From contig LODT01000035.1 of the NCBI GenBank assembly GCA_001606155.1, positions 356,658-420,657 on the forward strand: a stretch of 64,000 nt of DNA, in the 5' to 3' direction. Positions 9,675-21,823 of this stretch are shown in pieces. The notes below the pieces were generated by a model, which did no database searches, was not told where the DNA came from, and saw only the letters and a list, made by a program, of their open reading frames with translations. The stretch's first letter is position 1. Every line of letters begins with the position of its first letter. Both the position numbers and the translations under genes were made by a program. The stretch comes from Tieghemostelium lacteum. Its lineage: Eukaryota.

Positions 9675-12600
9675 ATGGATGAAGTTGAGGTTGAAAAGAG
9701 AAAGAAGAGGTTAGAGGACCTCAAACAACAGAGTTTGGAATTGGAAAAAGAGGCTGCAGAGAGAGAACGACGAAATGAAGAAAGAAAAAAGCAAAGAGAA
9801 GAATCAGCTCGGTTGGCTTTGGAACAGGAAAAGAAAGAAGAAGAGGAAAGACAAAAGAAAAGAGATGAAAGACGTCGTCTCAGAGAGGAAGAAGAAAAGC
9901 AATTCAATGCAGAAATGGCTAGATTGGAAACTGAAAAATTAAATAGAAGAGCTGGAAATAGTGCTTCATCAACCCCATCACCACCATCTTCTATATCATC
10001 TTCTACTTCTACTTCAAGTCTCAATTTGGATGAGGACCCTGAAGTTAAGAAACAACAGGAGGAAAGAGAGAAACGTAATGAAGAGAGAAGAAAACAAAGA
10101 GAACAACAACAGAAAGAAATTGAATTGGAGGAAAAAAGACTTGCTGATGAAAGAGAAAAGAGAAGATTAGAGAGAAAACAACAAATGGAAAAGGATTCAA
10201 AGTCTATTCAGGATGTTGTTGTTGCAGCTAAAACTTCTTCAAATAACTTATCTGCTTTCTTACCTTCCAAAGATAAATCAAAAAAAGAGGATGAAGATAG
10301 ATTGGCAAAGGAAAAATTAGAGTCTGATAGATTAGCTAAAGAGAAAGCTGATAAAGCTGAACTTGATAGAGTGGAAAAAGAAAAAACTGATAAATTAGAA
10401 GCCGATAGAATTGCAAAAGAGAAGTCTGATAAAGAAGAACAAGAGAGACTGGCAAAAGCGGAGAAGGAAAGATTAGAAAAGATTGAATCTGATCGTTTGG
10501 AAAAAGAGAAAGCAGATAAAGAAGAACAAGAAAAATTGGCAAAGATTGAAGCTGACAGAATTGCCAAAGAAAAGATTGAATCTGATAGAATTGCAAAAGA
10601 GAAATCAGACAAAGAGGAAAAAGAGAGATTGGAAAAGGTTGAAGCTGATAGAATTGCAAAAGAGAATGCTGATAAAGAAGAACAAGAAAGATTGGCAAAG
10701 ATTGAAGCTGACAGAATTGCCAAAGAAAAAGCTGATAAAGAAGAGCAAGAAAGATTGGCAAAGATTGAAGCTGACAGAATTGCCAAAGAAAAAGCTGATA
10801 AAGAAGAACAAGAAAAATTGGCTAAAATTGAATCTGATAGAATTGCCAAAGAAAAAGCTGATAAAGAGGAAAAGAAAGATTGGCAAAGATTGAAGCTGAT
10901 AGAATTGCCAAAGAGAAATCAGACAAAGAAGAAAAAGAAAGATTGGCAAAGATTGAAGCTGATAGAATTACTAAAGAAAAAGCTGACAAAGAAGAAAAAG
11001 AAAGATTGGCCAAGATTGAATCTGATAGAATTGCAAAAGAGAAATCAGACAAAGAAGAAAAAGAAAGATTGGCTAAAATTGAATCGGACAGAATTGCAAA
11101 AGAAAATTCAGAAAAAGTACAACAAGAAAAAATCTCCAATTCAACCAAAATCACAGATAACTTTAAATTATCTATTGAAAAACAACTTCAGAGTCAACTA
11201 GCTGGTAAATTATCCGAACAATCACAACAGCAACAAGAGGCATCAACAACCACTTCATCACATGGACATTTAACCAATTTGACACTTGATAGACCAAAAA
11301 TGAAAACTGGTAGAAAATTACCAAGTAAAAACTTTAAAACACCAGGTTCAACAACAACTTCTACCTCTATTAAGGCTGATGAAAATAGTAATAATAACAA
11401 TAGTGGATCAATATTATCACAAGCATTGGAGACAGCAACAACATCAGAGAGTAAAAAGAAAATTGTTTTACCACCTGGTGCTGGAGGAATTCTAGGTTCT
11501 ATGGCATCACTTGCAATGGAAGCCCAAAAAAAGAAATTGGAAAAAGATAATAAACTCCTATCATCAGTTATCAATCAAGACCCAGATGCACCTGTATTTG
11601 TAAAAGGTAGATCACAATCAGTATCAGTAACATCTACACTAAAAGACAATACTGGAAAGTTTTTGAATCATAAAAAGACAGTAGACACCTACAGTGGTCA
11701 AAGAGTACGTTTAATTCAATGTAAAGGTAAAAAAAGAATTTTAAGCAAAGAAGTTGAAGTCTCTATTCAGTCACTGAATAAAATGGATTCATTTGTACTC
11801 GATTGTGGTATTGATGGATCCAATGTTGGTGGTGAATCTGCAGATTCTAGTGCACATTCTACCATTTATATATTCTATGGAAGTAAATCAACAGCCAATA
11901 AGAAATCTAAGGCAGTTGGTATAGCTGAGATTATTAAATCTCATGAAAGAGGTGGACATGCTACCATCATAAAACTAGATGAAGGTGACAATGATGAAAG
12001 ATTTTATAAACTATTAAAAGGTACACCATCAACACCTATCAATCCAGATGGTGGTGATGATCTTGAAGCTGAAACTCATTGGGCTCAATCATTTACATTA
12101 TCAAAATATGAGACCTCAACTCAAACCTTCTCATTGATTGATACAAAATCACTTAGTATGGAGTTACTAGCTAGTGATAGTTACTTTGTTTTAGATACCG
12201 TAACTGAATTCTATGAATGGTCTGGAAGAAATGTTGATATCAACCTCAAGGACACTTTCCACCAAAAAGCTCAAGAAAAATTAAAATCATCAAAACACCG
12301 ACAAGCATGGGTTGAAAGTGTGGTTTTATCTGAAGGTGGTGAAACTGTCCTCTTTAGGGAGAAATTCTTTGATTGGCCTGATCTCTCACATGAGGTTTCA
12401 CTCAATAGAATGGGTTTTGGTAAAAAGAAAGCATTTGCAGTCGCTATTCCATATGAAAAGAAATCACCTGCAAAGATGAATAATTTCGAAGCTAGAGAGA
12501 TGATAAGTCTGGAAAGAGCTGAAGAAGTCATGAAATCTGATGGTAAAGGTGAATATGAAATTTGGTATTTGGATCAAATGAAAATGTATCCTCTTCCTAA

Positions 12601-13801
12601 AGAGGAGTATGGTCAGTTTTATAGTGGTTGTTGTTATATTATTAGATATACCTACACTAAATGGAATGCTTTAAAGTATATAATATACTATTGGCAAGGT
12701 GTTGATGCTTCCAGACAAGATGTTGGTTCCTCTTCTTTGCTTGTAAAGGATTTGTATATTGAGACTTGTAATCGTGGTGAATGTACTCAGGAACCTGAAA
12801 GACAAGGAAGAGAATCCTCTCATTTCTTGTATGTTTTCAATGGTCGTATGGTTGTTCATCGTGGTGCTAGAGGTGAATTTGATTTCACTTCTAAAAGACT
12901 CTATCATGTGTTTGGAAGAACTAATGAAACTATAACAGCTGTTCAATGTACAAAAGTCTCAACTACACAACTCAATAGCAGAGACTGCTTTATTCTCAAT
13001 GATAAACAACAGACTTATTTGTGGGAATCCAAAGGTGCCTCCAAAGCACTCAAAGAGCAATCTAATCAACTGATATCTCAATTTTTCCAAAAATCTGGAT
13101 CATCTTTGAAATTAGTAAAAGAAGGACAAGAGCCTGAGGAATTTTGGAAATTACTTGGAGCCACAACACAACAACATAAATACGCCAATTACCAATACCT
13201 ATTTGAGAAACCATTAACTGATTTCTCAAAACAAATTCGATTGTATGCAGTTATCAACACTGGTACCATTATTAGAGCTGATGAGATATTCAGATTCTCT
13301 CAATATGATCTTCAACCAAGTAAAGTATTCATTCTGGATAATCAAGTAAATGTATTTATATGGTCAGGTTCAAGATCACAAGAAAAGGAAAAGAAAAGAG
13401 GTGCAGAAATTGCCATTGATTATATTAAGCTTTTGGAAGATGGTAGATCGGAATCTGATGTATTATTTATAACTGAGAAAGAAGAGCCTCTTTCTTTTAC
13501 ATGTTTCTTCCACAGTTGGGATACATTTAGATTCCAATCTGCTAATGGTGCTGATGAAGTTGATGACTTGTTATCACCAAAGATTGAAGCTGCTACTAAT
13601 TTCCTCAAGAAATATTACCAAATTGTACCTTATGATCAATTGACTCAAAAGAATACTCCACCTGAAATTGATAGATCAGTGTTGGAAATGTATCTCAGCG
13701 ATGAGGAATTTGAAAAACATCTTGGTATGACCAAACAAGAATGGGAATCTTTCCCATCTTGGAAAAAATCTGAAAAGAAGAAATCTGCAAATCTCTTCTA
13801 A
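9675..13801 (+). CDS. Villin/gelsolin-family actin-binding protein: charged coiled-coil N-terminus built from 21-aa tandem repeats, six gelsolin repeats, and a C-terminal villin headpiece. Annotated as ORFs 9675..11201 and 10880..13801 because of a -1 shift inside the repeat array near 10866-10876
   Basis: ATG at 9675. Gelsolin-repeat signatures (FVLDCG..IYIFYGS, CYIIRYTY..YYWQG, CFILND..YLWESKG, VFILDNQVNVFIWSG). The C-terminal LSDEEFEKHLGMTKQEWESFPSWKK...LF matches the villin headpiece. One repeat unit is 1 nt short in an A-run (gaggaaaagaaaga where the other units read gaagaaaaagaaaga or gaagaacaagaaaga, i.e. one A fewer), after which the correct frame continues. Confidence 0.85.
10290..11100 (+). 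repeat. About 13 tandem copies of a 63-bp coding repeat (ADRIAKEKADKEEQERLAKIE units) inside the villin-like gene
   Basis: Near-identical 63-nt units are visible directly (attgaagctgacagaattgccaaagaaaaagctgataaagaagaacaagaaagattggcaaag). They generate artefactual long ORFs in other frames and on the minus strand. Confidence 0.9.
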
Positions 13802-13966
13802 AGTTCAAAATTCATAAATAAATATTAATTTGTATTTGTAATAATATTGACAAACATCAATTATTAATTTTATTCTCAATATTTTTTTAATAAATTCTCA
13901 ATTTTTGATGATCAAAATAGACTTTTTCATAATTTTCTTTTTTTCATATTTTTTATTGTACACACA

Positions 13967-16333
13967 ATGGTAATTATAATTTCATACCTCAGATTTTGGA
14001 GACAATCACTCATTAAATTTATAAATAATTAGTCTGCTTTTGAAGATTTAGGAGTTTTACCTGAAATTATTAGGGCAATTGAGGAATTAGATTGGGTATT
14101 ACCAACACCAATTCAAGCAGAGGCCATACCATTGATATTGGGTGGCGGTGATGTATTGGCAGCTGCTGAAACAGGTTCAGGTAAAACAGGTGCATTTGCA
14201 TTACCAATTCTACAGATTACATTTGAAACCATCAATGGTAAAGCTGTAGTACCAGAGAGTGAAACACAATCAACAACTACTACCTCTACCTCTGATTCTA
14301 AAATTGAAGTAACTTGGTCAAATGAAGATAGAGATGTCGATTTAGCTGTTGATGGCTACATTTGTCAGAGTAGAGCTAAAGATTGGGCTGGTATTAAAGC
14401 AACTAGAGGTGTGCAAGCACCTGGTAAATACTATTATGAAGCAACCGTTAGAGATGAGGGTCTTTGTAGAGTAGGTTGGGCTCTAAAACAGTCTAGTAGA
14501 AATATAGGTACTGATAAATTCAGTTTTGGATATGGTGGAACAGGAAAGAAATCAACACAATCAAAGTTTATAGATTATGGTCTACCCTATGGAACTAATG
14601 ATACTATTGGTTGTTTATTAAATTTAGATGATGGTCAAATTAGTTTCTCTAAAAATGGTCATGATTTTGGTGAAGCTTTCTCACTTACAATCACACCAAC
14701 ACAGGTCTATTATCCAGCATTGGTAATGAAAAATGCTGAAATGGGTTTCAATTTTGGCCAAGAAGCTTTTAAGCATTTACCAAAAGGCTATGTAGCTATA
14801 AATAGTGCACCTAAATTAATAAGTAAAGAGGAAGATCAATCTGATGGTTCTACTCCAACTCAACCTGTAAATACCAACAATAATAATAATAATAATAATA
14901 ACCAGAAAAAATCATATCAAAGACAATCAAAATCTGATCAAAAGAGTGATACAGCAGGTTCTGTAGAGAAAAAACAAAAACAAAAGAGACAATGTAAACC
15001 AATTTCATTGATTATTGAACCTGTAAAAGAACTGGCAGATCAAACTTATAGTGCCATTTTGAATTTCAGTAAATATTTAACTGAGCCCAGTGGAATTGAA
15101 GTAAGTTTGTGTATAGGTGGTCAGAAGACACCTGATCAGTCTACTGACGTTGATATTATTGTTGGTACTCCTGGTAGATTGGAGATGCTGGTAAAAGAAA
15201 ACAAAATTGATTTGTCATCTATTAAATTCTTTGTTTTGGATGAAGCTGATCAATTGATTCAAGATAACTTGGCAATTATTAATTTTATATACAACAAGTT
15301 ACCAAAGACATCTTTGCAGGTATTGTTCTTTTCTGCAACTTTACACAGTCCACAAGTTGTTAAATTTTGTGAACAAATCACTAGAAACCCAACTTGGGTT
15401 GATTTGAAAGGTCGTGATTATGTACCTGATTTGATTACTCATAGTTATGTAATGGCTGATCCAATAAAGTATGCATCTCTGTGGAGATCTACTTCAATGC
15501 AGATAAAGACTGATGGTGTTCATAGAGAAGATGTTAAACATCTACCTGAAAAATTAAAGACTGACGAACAGAAATCAGAGGCTATAAAACTAGTAAAAGG
15601 GCCATTATTGCTAAAGTGCATTGATTCATTTAATATGGATCAAGCTATTATATTTGCCAGAACTCGTGTGGATTGTGATAATCTTTACAAGTATCTATTG
15701 GAAGCTGGTAGTTCGAAACCTGGTTTAGAAAACAAATATAGTTGCTCAGTATTGCACGGTGAAAAGAGCGTAGATATTCGTAAAGAGAATTTTGAAAAAT
15801 TCAAGCAAGGTGATGTTAAATTTTTAATTTGTACAGATGTAGCTGCTAGAGGTATTGATATTAGAGAATTACCATATGTGATCAATTATACACTTCCAGA
15901 TTCATTTGAAGATTACGTTCACAGAGTAGGTAGAGTTGGTCGTGCCGATCGTATTGGTTTGGCAATCTCATTGGTTGGCAGTCACCCTGAAAAAGTTTGG
16001 TACCACACATGTAGAGATAAAGGTAAAGGTTGTTTTAATACCAAATTAGTTGAGCAAAAGGGTTGTTGTATATGGTATGATGAATTGGATCTCTTTTCAA
16101 AAATTAATGAATCTCTAGCTCCACAATTATTGTCAGACGATTTTAAACTACCAGAACAATTCGATCAAAAACTACAATTTGGTAAATTTGCTAAAGATAA
16201 ATTAAACCCAATGGAATATAAACCTCACACTGAAGAATTAAAATCAAGAGTTCAGGAATTATCACACCTTGAAGAAACAATTCAAATTGACTTCCTCACC
16301 TTGCCAAGTAAAATATCAAATAAAATGAGATAG
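13967..16333 (+). CDS. ddx1: ATP-dependent RNA helicase DDX1 (DEAD box with inserted SPRY domain). Exons 13967..13969 (ATG only) and 14033..16333
   Basis: AAETGSGKTGAFALP (motif I), DEADQL, SAT and HRVGRVGR motifs, with a SPRY insert between motifs I and Ia that is diagnostic of DDX1. The N-terminus SAFEDLGVLPEIIRAIEELDWVLPTPIQAEAIPLILGGGDVL parallels the human DDX1 start. The ATG is followed directly by gtaattataat...aataattag (63-nt intron), which then joins the open frame. Confidence 0.85.
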
Positions 16334-16427
16334 GATTGGGTTGAATTTAATTTTTTTATAATTAATGTTTATTTTTTCCATTTAAATTTAAGCAATTTCT
16401 TTGGTTTTACAAAAAAAGTCGACCGGA

Positions 16428-17627
16428 ATGAACATTTTTAAAGATTACCCAGTAGAATTAATACAAAACCCAAATGAAGGTAGATACTTGATTAGTAGTA
16501 GAGATTTAGAGGTTGGTGAGATTATACTGAAATGCAGAAGCTACTTTGCAGTAGCAAGTGATAATATGAAAAAGATTGCATGTCACAACTGTCTACGAAT
16601 GTTCAACGTGATACAATTGGAACATAAATGTCAGAATTGTTTAGAAGTATATTGGTGTACACAAGAATGCCGAGAACAAGGCGAAAACAAACATCAAATC
16701 TATGAATGTAAATACTTTAAATGTTTGAAAAAATCAACTATAAACAAAGAGAAATTCGATAGTGAAACATTTACAGAGATTAGAATGTTAGTAGGAATGT
16801 TGGGTCGTTATTATTATCACAGAATACTAGGAAATCCTGATACTGCAGAAGAAGATCCGGATTATCTCACCAATAGCCTAAGTGATGTATTTTCATTGGT
16901 TGAGAATGATATCAGTAAAAAAACCAATTCTTTAGCATCCGAATTACTTGACAAGATTTCAGTCTATGTAAATGACTTATTTAATGATGTACTACATCAT
17001 CGAAAATTGAAAAAAGGGGGTGTTCTATCAGAAAAAGAAAAATTAGAATTTCAAGAACTAATGTCAGTGGTCAAGCCATTGGCTGCAAAAATACGTTGTA
17101 ATCAATTTGGTATCTGGTCAAAGAATGATAAATGTATTGGTGTTGCAGTATCACCGAGTTCAAGTTATTTCAATCATTCTTGTATACCTAATTGTGTTGA
17201 TATTAGAGATGGAAAAACAATGGCATTTAGAGCTCTTCATCCTATAAGCAAAGGTACTCCGTTGTGTATCAGTTACCTGGACATAGTATCAACTTATGAA
17301 CAGAGATATTTTGATTTATTATTTTCCTATTTCTTCAAATGTAGATGTTTGAGGTGTTTAGATGCAAGCTCTCAAACGGATCAATGGATATATAAATTCA
17401 CTTGCCAAAATCCATCATGTAATGGATTATACTATCACGACAGAGAAATCCATCATGAAAATCAATTGAATGGAGAAATTAAGAATAATGATATAACATT
17501 AATATGCACCTATTGTAAACATATTCTAACTGTAGACAGAATTAAATATTTTGAAAATATGCCCACAATTAACAATATAAAAATGAAAAATAACCATCAA
17601 TTAAATTTAGAATTAGAATTAGATTAG
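16428..17627 (+). CDS. SET and MYND domain (SMYD-type) protein lysine methyltransferase, single exon
   Basis: MYND Zn finger (CHNCL...HKCQNCLEVYWCTQECREQGENKHQIYECKYF) embedded in a split SET domain with NHSCIPNC. A post-SET Cys cluster (CRCLRC) follows. ATG at 16428. Confidence 0.8.
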   Translation: MNIFKDYPVELIQNPNEGRYLISSRDLEVGEIILKCRSYFAVASDNMKKIACHNCLRMFNVIQLEHKCQNCLEVYWCTQECREQGENKHQIYECKYFKCLKKSTINKEKFDSETFTEIRMLVGMLGRYYYHRILGNPDTAEEDPDYLTNSLSDVFSLVENDISKKTNSLASELLDKISVYVNDLFNDVLHHRKLKKGGVLSEKEKLEFQELMSVVKPLAAKIRCNQFGIWSKNDKCIGVAVSPSSSYFNHSCIPNCVDIRDGKTMAFRALHPISKGTPLCISYLDIVSTYEQRYFDLLFSYFFKCRCLRCLDASSQTDQWIYKFTCQNPSCNGLYYHDREIHHENQLNGEIKNNDITLICTYCKHILTVDRIKYFENMPTINNIKMKNNHQLNLELELD

Positions 17628-17805
17628 GAAATAAAAGAATTCTTTAATATTCTATAATTAATTTCAAAAGAAATCTGAAGCCCTTTTGCTCAGTTTTCTT
17701 TGTTTTTTGTGTATCTATATATGTACCCATAATTACTTAAATTCTCGTGAACAAATAATGTTTTAGCAAAATTTATTATATATATACAGGTTTAAATAAA
17801 TTTAT

Positions 17806-18852
17806 TTATTGTTCTTTAACATCACCAATACCATCAGAATAAATACCAAATGGTTTTTCGGATTCTGGTAAACTTGGACTATCATAAATCTTACAAATTC
17901 TCATTTCATCTTTACCTTTTCTTAGTGATAATCTTGTGGTTGAGGCATGGGCCATAATGTGACCACCAATTGGTTTCTTTGGATCTGGATTAAAAAGACC
18001 ACCACCATCTACTTGAGCAACAACTTGATTAGTAATAACAACTGCAATACCAAATTCATCGGCCAGTCTCTGAAGAGTTCTTAGGAATCTTGCCAAGTGT
18101 CTTTGACGATCAGATAACTCTCCTCTACCAGAATAATCAGTACGGTATAAAGCGGTTGCACTATCTACAACCAATAGCGCATAACGACATTCAGCCATCA
18201 TTGCAGATGCCTGAATGAGTAGTTGCATTTGATGATCAGAGTTGTAAGCTCTTGCATAAGAAACATTATCAAGTACATGTTCACCATTTAAACCATATTT
18301 TTCTGCAATTGCCAATAATCTTTCAGGACGAAAAGTTCCTTCTGTATCAATGTATAAAGCTCTACCTTCACCACCACTCTGATTGGCAGGAAGTTGACAA
18401 GTAACACATAATGTGTGGCAAATTTGAGTTTTACCGGTACGGAACTCCCCAAAAAGTTCAGTAATGGATCCGGTTTCAATACCACCATCCAAAAGACTGT
18501 CTAATTCTTTGGATCCTGTGGTGATCTGTAAAAATTGTGAACGTTGTTTATTAAATTCGGTGGCACTGGTGAATCCCATTGGTACCAGTTTACCAGCTTC
18601 TGCTAGTAATTTATCGGCTTTAGTTTCTGTGATGGATTTAACTGCACATAAAGATTTTTTGGTGGCAAATGCAATTGCTTGAACTGTATGAAAACCTGCT
18701 TCTTGAAGTCTTTTAATATCTGCTGCTGAAATACCATTACCCTCTAATTTTGATAATGGTAATGGACCTTCTTCCTCCTCCTCTTCTTCCGCAACTTGTT
18801 CTTGTACTTCTTCTTCTTCTTGAACTTGCTTTTGTTTTTGTTTTGATGCCAT
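17806..18852 (-). CDS. rad51: DNA repair and recombination protein RAD51, single exon, complete
   Basis: N-terminal HhH ([24 protein letters not shown]), Walker A (GEFRTGKTQ), Walker B ([12 protein letters not shown]), and the highly conserved RecA/Rad51 core. 348 aa, ATG-to-TAA. Confidence 0.95.
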   Translation of the reverse strand: MASKQKQKQVQEEEEVQEQVAEEEEEEEGPLPLSKLEGNGISAADIKRLQEAGFHTVQAIAFATKKSLCAVKSITETKADKLLAEAGKLVPMGFTSATEFNKQRSQFLQITTGSKELDSLLDGGIETGSITELFGEFRTGKTQICHTLCVTCQLPANQSGGEGRALYIDTEGTFRPERLLAIAEKYGLNGEHVLDNVSYARAYNSDHQMQLLIQASAMMAECRYALLVVDSATALYRTDYSGRGELSDRQRHLARFLRTLQRLADEFGIAVVITNQVVAQVDGGGLFNPDPKKPIGGHIMAHASTTRLSLRKGKDEMRICKIYDSPSLPESEKPFGIYSDGIGDVKEQ

Positions 18853-19189
18853 TTTATTTTGTTATACTAATTCTAGAAAAATTAAAAAAAAAATAATGAG
18901 ATCACACTTTTTTAAAAAATTAATTTTTTTTCTTGGAAATCACTAATCTTTATTAGAAAATTAAAGACAAAAATTGAATACAATGACCTGAGGATGATTT
19001 AAAGGATTTTTATGATAATTTTATATTTTTTATAAGTTTATAAAATAAAGATTAGTTCGTTTCAGATTCATATTTTAGAACATGGTCAGAATTTTCAAAA
19101 TATCTTTTTTTTCCCATTGATGAATCTTTTGATTTGATCAATTGGAGAATATTGTGGATTTCCCGTTCATTTCATCATCTTAGAATATA

Positions 19190-20328
19190 ATGAATAATAA
19201 AATTATTTTATTTCTTATATTAACAATTATTTCATCGGTGCATTCTAATCCACTGCCACTGTATATTATTAATTCATATGATAATTTAACATTGTCAATA
19301 ATTAATCCAAACACTGGTAATCTAACACCTTACCTATCATTAAATCAAAATGAACAAATTGAATACTCAAAGATTCTATATATGAATTCAACAACCATTA
19401 TGGCATTTGGTTCTACTGAAAATTCAGGAGGAGAATTAGTTTATCAATATATTGATATTGTATGTACCAAAAATATTCAATAATTTACATTTAATTATAA
19501 TCTAACAAAGTTATTTAAGGCTAATAATGATAATAGTCAAACTGTATACTACACTCTCCCTGATTTTTTTATCTACTATAACATGCATTTTAATCCAAAT
19601 ACCAATTTAATCTACATGTTAAATGAGACTACTTTAACAATTCAATCTATAAACCCACTTAACTATCAATATACTGGTGACCTTAACATTACATTACCAT
19701 CAGTCCTTTCTCTCGCTTTGGCATTTGGTTATGTTGATACCATTTTAGATAGAAATGAAAACATATTTTATCTTTATGTATCTGTAACCCCATTTGTATG
19801 TACAACATATTGACAAGACAGAACAATTTATAATATTTAACTAATACCTATTTACATTTGTAGCCTGATGGTCTTGAAATTGATTACCAAAATACACAAT
19901 ATCCATGTTCAAAATACCTAGGATGTAACTATTTATTTAGTATTCATTTGGGTTACTATGTGATGGATTCATTGGATTTAGGATTCTTGTTTAAAGAATT
20001 TAACTTTGCTATGGTTATGTCTTCAACCTCGATTCTAGGTTTTACAGGTGTACAGGATACTCCCTATCAAACTGGAACAATCAACATTGTTGATTTTAAT
20101 CCACAAACTGGTAAATCTAAAACTCTTTATAAATCCAAATTGCCAATAGATGTTCAAAGTTTTTCTGCTGATCCACAAAATGGTCTCATTTATCTAATGG
20201 ATATCCCTTATTCCACCTCTGATTGTATACTTTCCACATATAATTACAAATCAAATGATGTAACTTCAATACAAATCCCACCCTCATCGGGGTACATTAT
20301 TAGAGTTGAAGACATTCCTACGAATTAA
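19190..20328 (+). CDS. Secreted protein, paralog A of a tandemly triplicated family with beta-propeller-like repeats. Exons 19190..19459, 19520..19795, 19864..20328 (336 aa)
   Basis: Signal peptide, then the NPLPLY motif. Repeated NPxTG / FNPNTN motifs and VDTILD..ENIFYLY. Donors IDI|gtatgt and PF|gtatgt and acceptors ttaag| and ttgtag| sit at positions conserved across all three paralogs. Introns are 60 and 68 nt. Confidence 0.65.
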
Positions 20329-20533
20329 AGTAAATAGATATTTTGAATAAACTATATTGGTATTTAAATCTACTTTCTTTCCAATAATTAAAGAGATGTT
20401 CATTAATTATTGCCATATTAAATTAAAGATGGGATCATAAAAAAAAAAAAACTACTTCAAAGTAAATTTCTGATAAATATCCAAATTATATAAATATCTT
20501 TTAAGTTTTAGGATTAGTCCATCCATTATAAAA

Positions 20534-21625
20534 ATGAAATTGATTTCGGTATTTGTGACAATATTATTTGTTTTACAAATAAATACAATATGGTCTGCAC
20601 CTCTCCCACTCTATAGTTTTTATAGCCAAGGTTTAGGGATTGATACATTAGACCCAACAACTGGAAAATCACGAAATATCTTTTCCTATGAATCTGATTC
20701 ACAATATGAATATATAAGTGCACAACTCATAAATGAAACTAATGTAATTGCAAGTGTATTAACTAATAATGGATATGCCTACATAACCATTGATTTGGTA
20801 AGTTAAATTAAAAATCTGTGAATTTGTAACATGTGAGTTTCGAAATTAACATTGCCGTCATAGGAATCTAGCACAATAGATTTATTCCCCTACTATCTTC
20901 CAGAGTTTGGATTCCCAAATAGGCCACATTTTAACCCCAACAACAATTTAATATATACACTTAACCAAACAGTTGGTACATTAATTTCAATTGATACCAT
21001 CGATTTCGAACCTAGTGGAAATACCATTATACTTCTTCCATCTGTTATCACATATGCTATGGAGATGGGTTATGTAGACACCATTTTAGATACAACTGAA
21101 AATCTATTTTATATATATATAAATGTTGGACCTTTTGTATGTATTAATCTATACCATTTGATCTTACATTCGATATTAATACATTGAAATACAATATAGC
21201 CACAAGAATTAGACTTTGATGAATATCCATGCTCTCAAATATTAGGTTGTAATTATTTCTTTGTTTATGATTTAAATAATAATGAACTTGTAAATCATAT
21301 TGATTTAAGATTTTGGTTCAAAATATTGACTTTCCTTTCTGTAGAGTCACCAACATCAATTTTGGCATGGGAGGTTTCAAAGAACCAAACTGTTGAAATT
21401 ATAGATTTTAACCCTAAAAGTGGTAGAGTTAATAGTATCTATACAACATATTTACCATTGTATATACAAGGAACTGCTGTTGATATACTAAATAATATAG
21501 TTTACATGTTGGACTTCCCAGGAACTCAGTATACACTTGGCTCATTCAACTATCAAACCAATTCTATAGATTACACAAAGTTTTCAAATATCGCAGGTAC
21601 AGTCCTTAGAGTACAAGACGTTTAG
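20534..21625 (+). CDS. Secreted protein, paralog B of the same family. Exons 20534..20797, 20864..21136, 21200..21625 (321 aa)
   Basis: Signal peptide + APLPLY. IDL|gtaagt and PF|gtatgt donors. Motifs FNPNNNLIY, VDTILDTTENLFYIY, IDFNPKSGR, YPCSQILGCNYFF. Introns are 66 and 63 nt. Confidence 0.65.
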
Positions 21626-21823
21626 TGTATTTCAAAAATTGAATAATTTAGAATATTCATGACATCACGAAATTAAAAAATCATAAAATATCTACCTTTT
21701 CAACTTACTTTTTTTAAAATAAATATCAGGGTTACATAAAACTTTAAAAATCATCTTAATCTTCTGTAAATATCGACAACCAAAAAATTTTTTTTACGTC
21801 ACCAATTGATCAGTGTGCAAATA

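Noticed and set aside
10208-11154. Several long minus-strand and alternative-frame ORFs (10208..10849, 10336..10761, 10605..10949, 10822..11154, 10483..10893)
   Set aside because: These are artefacts of the 63-bp tandem coding repeat of the villin-like gene; their periodic low-complexity translations (LSASIFANLS...) mirror the repeat.
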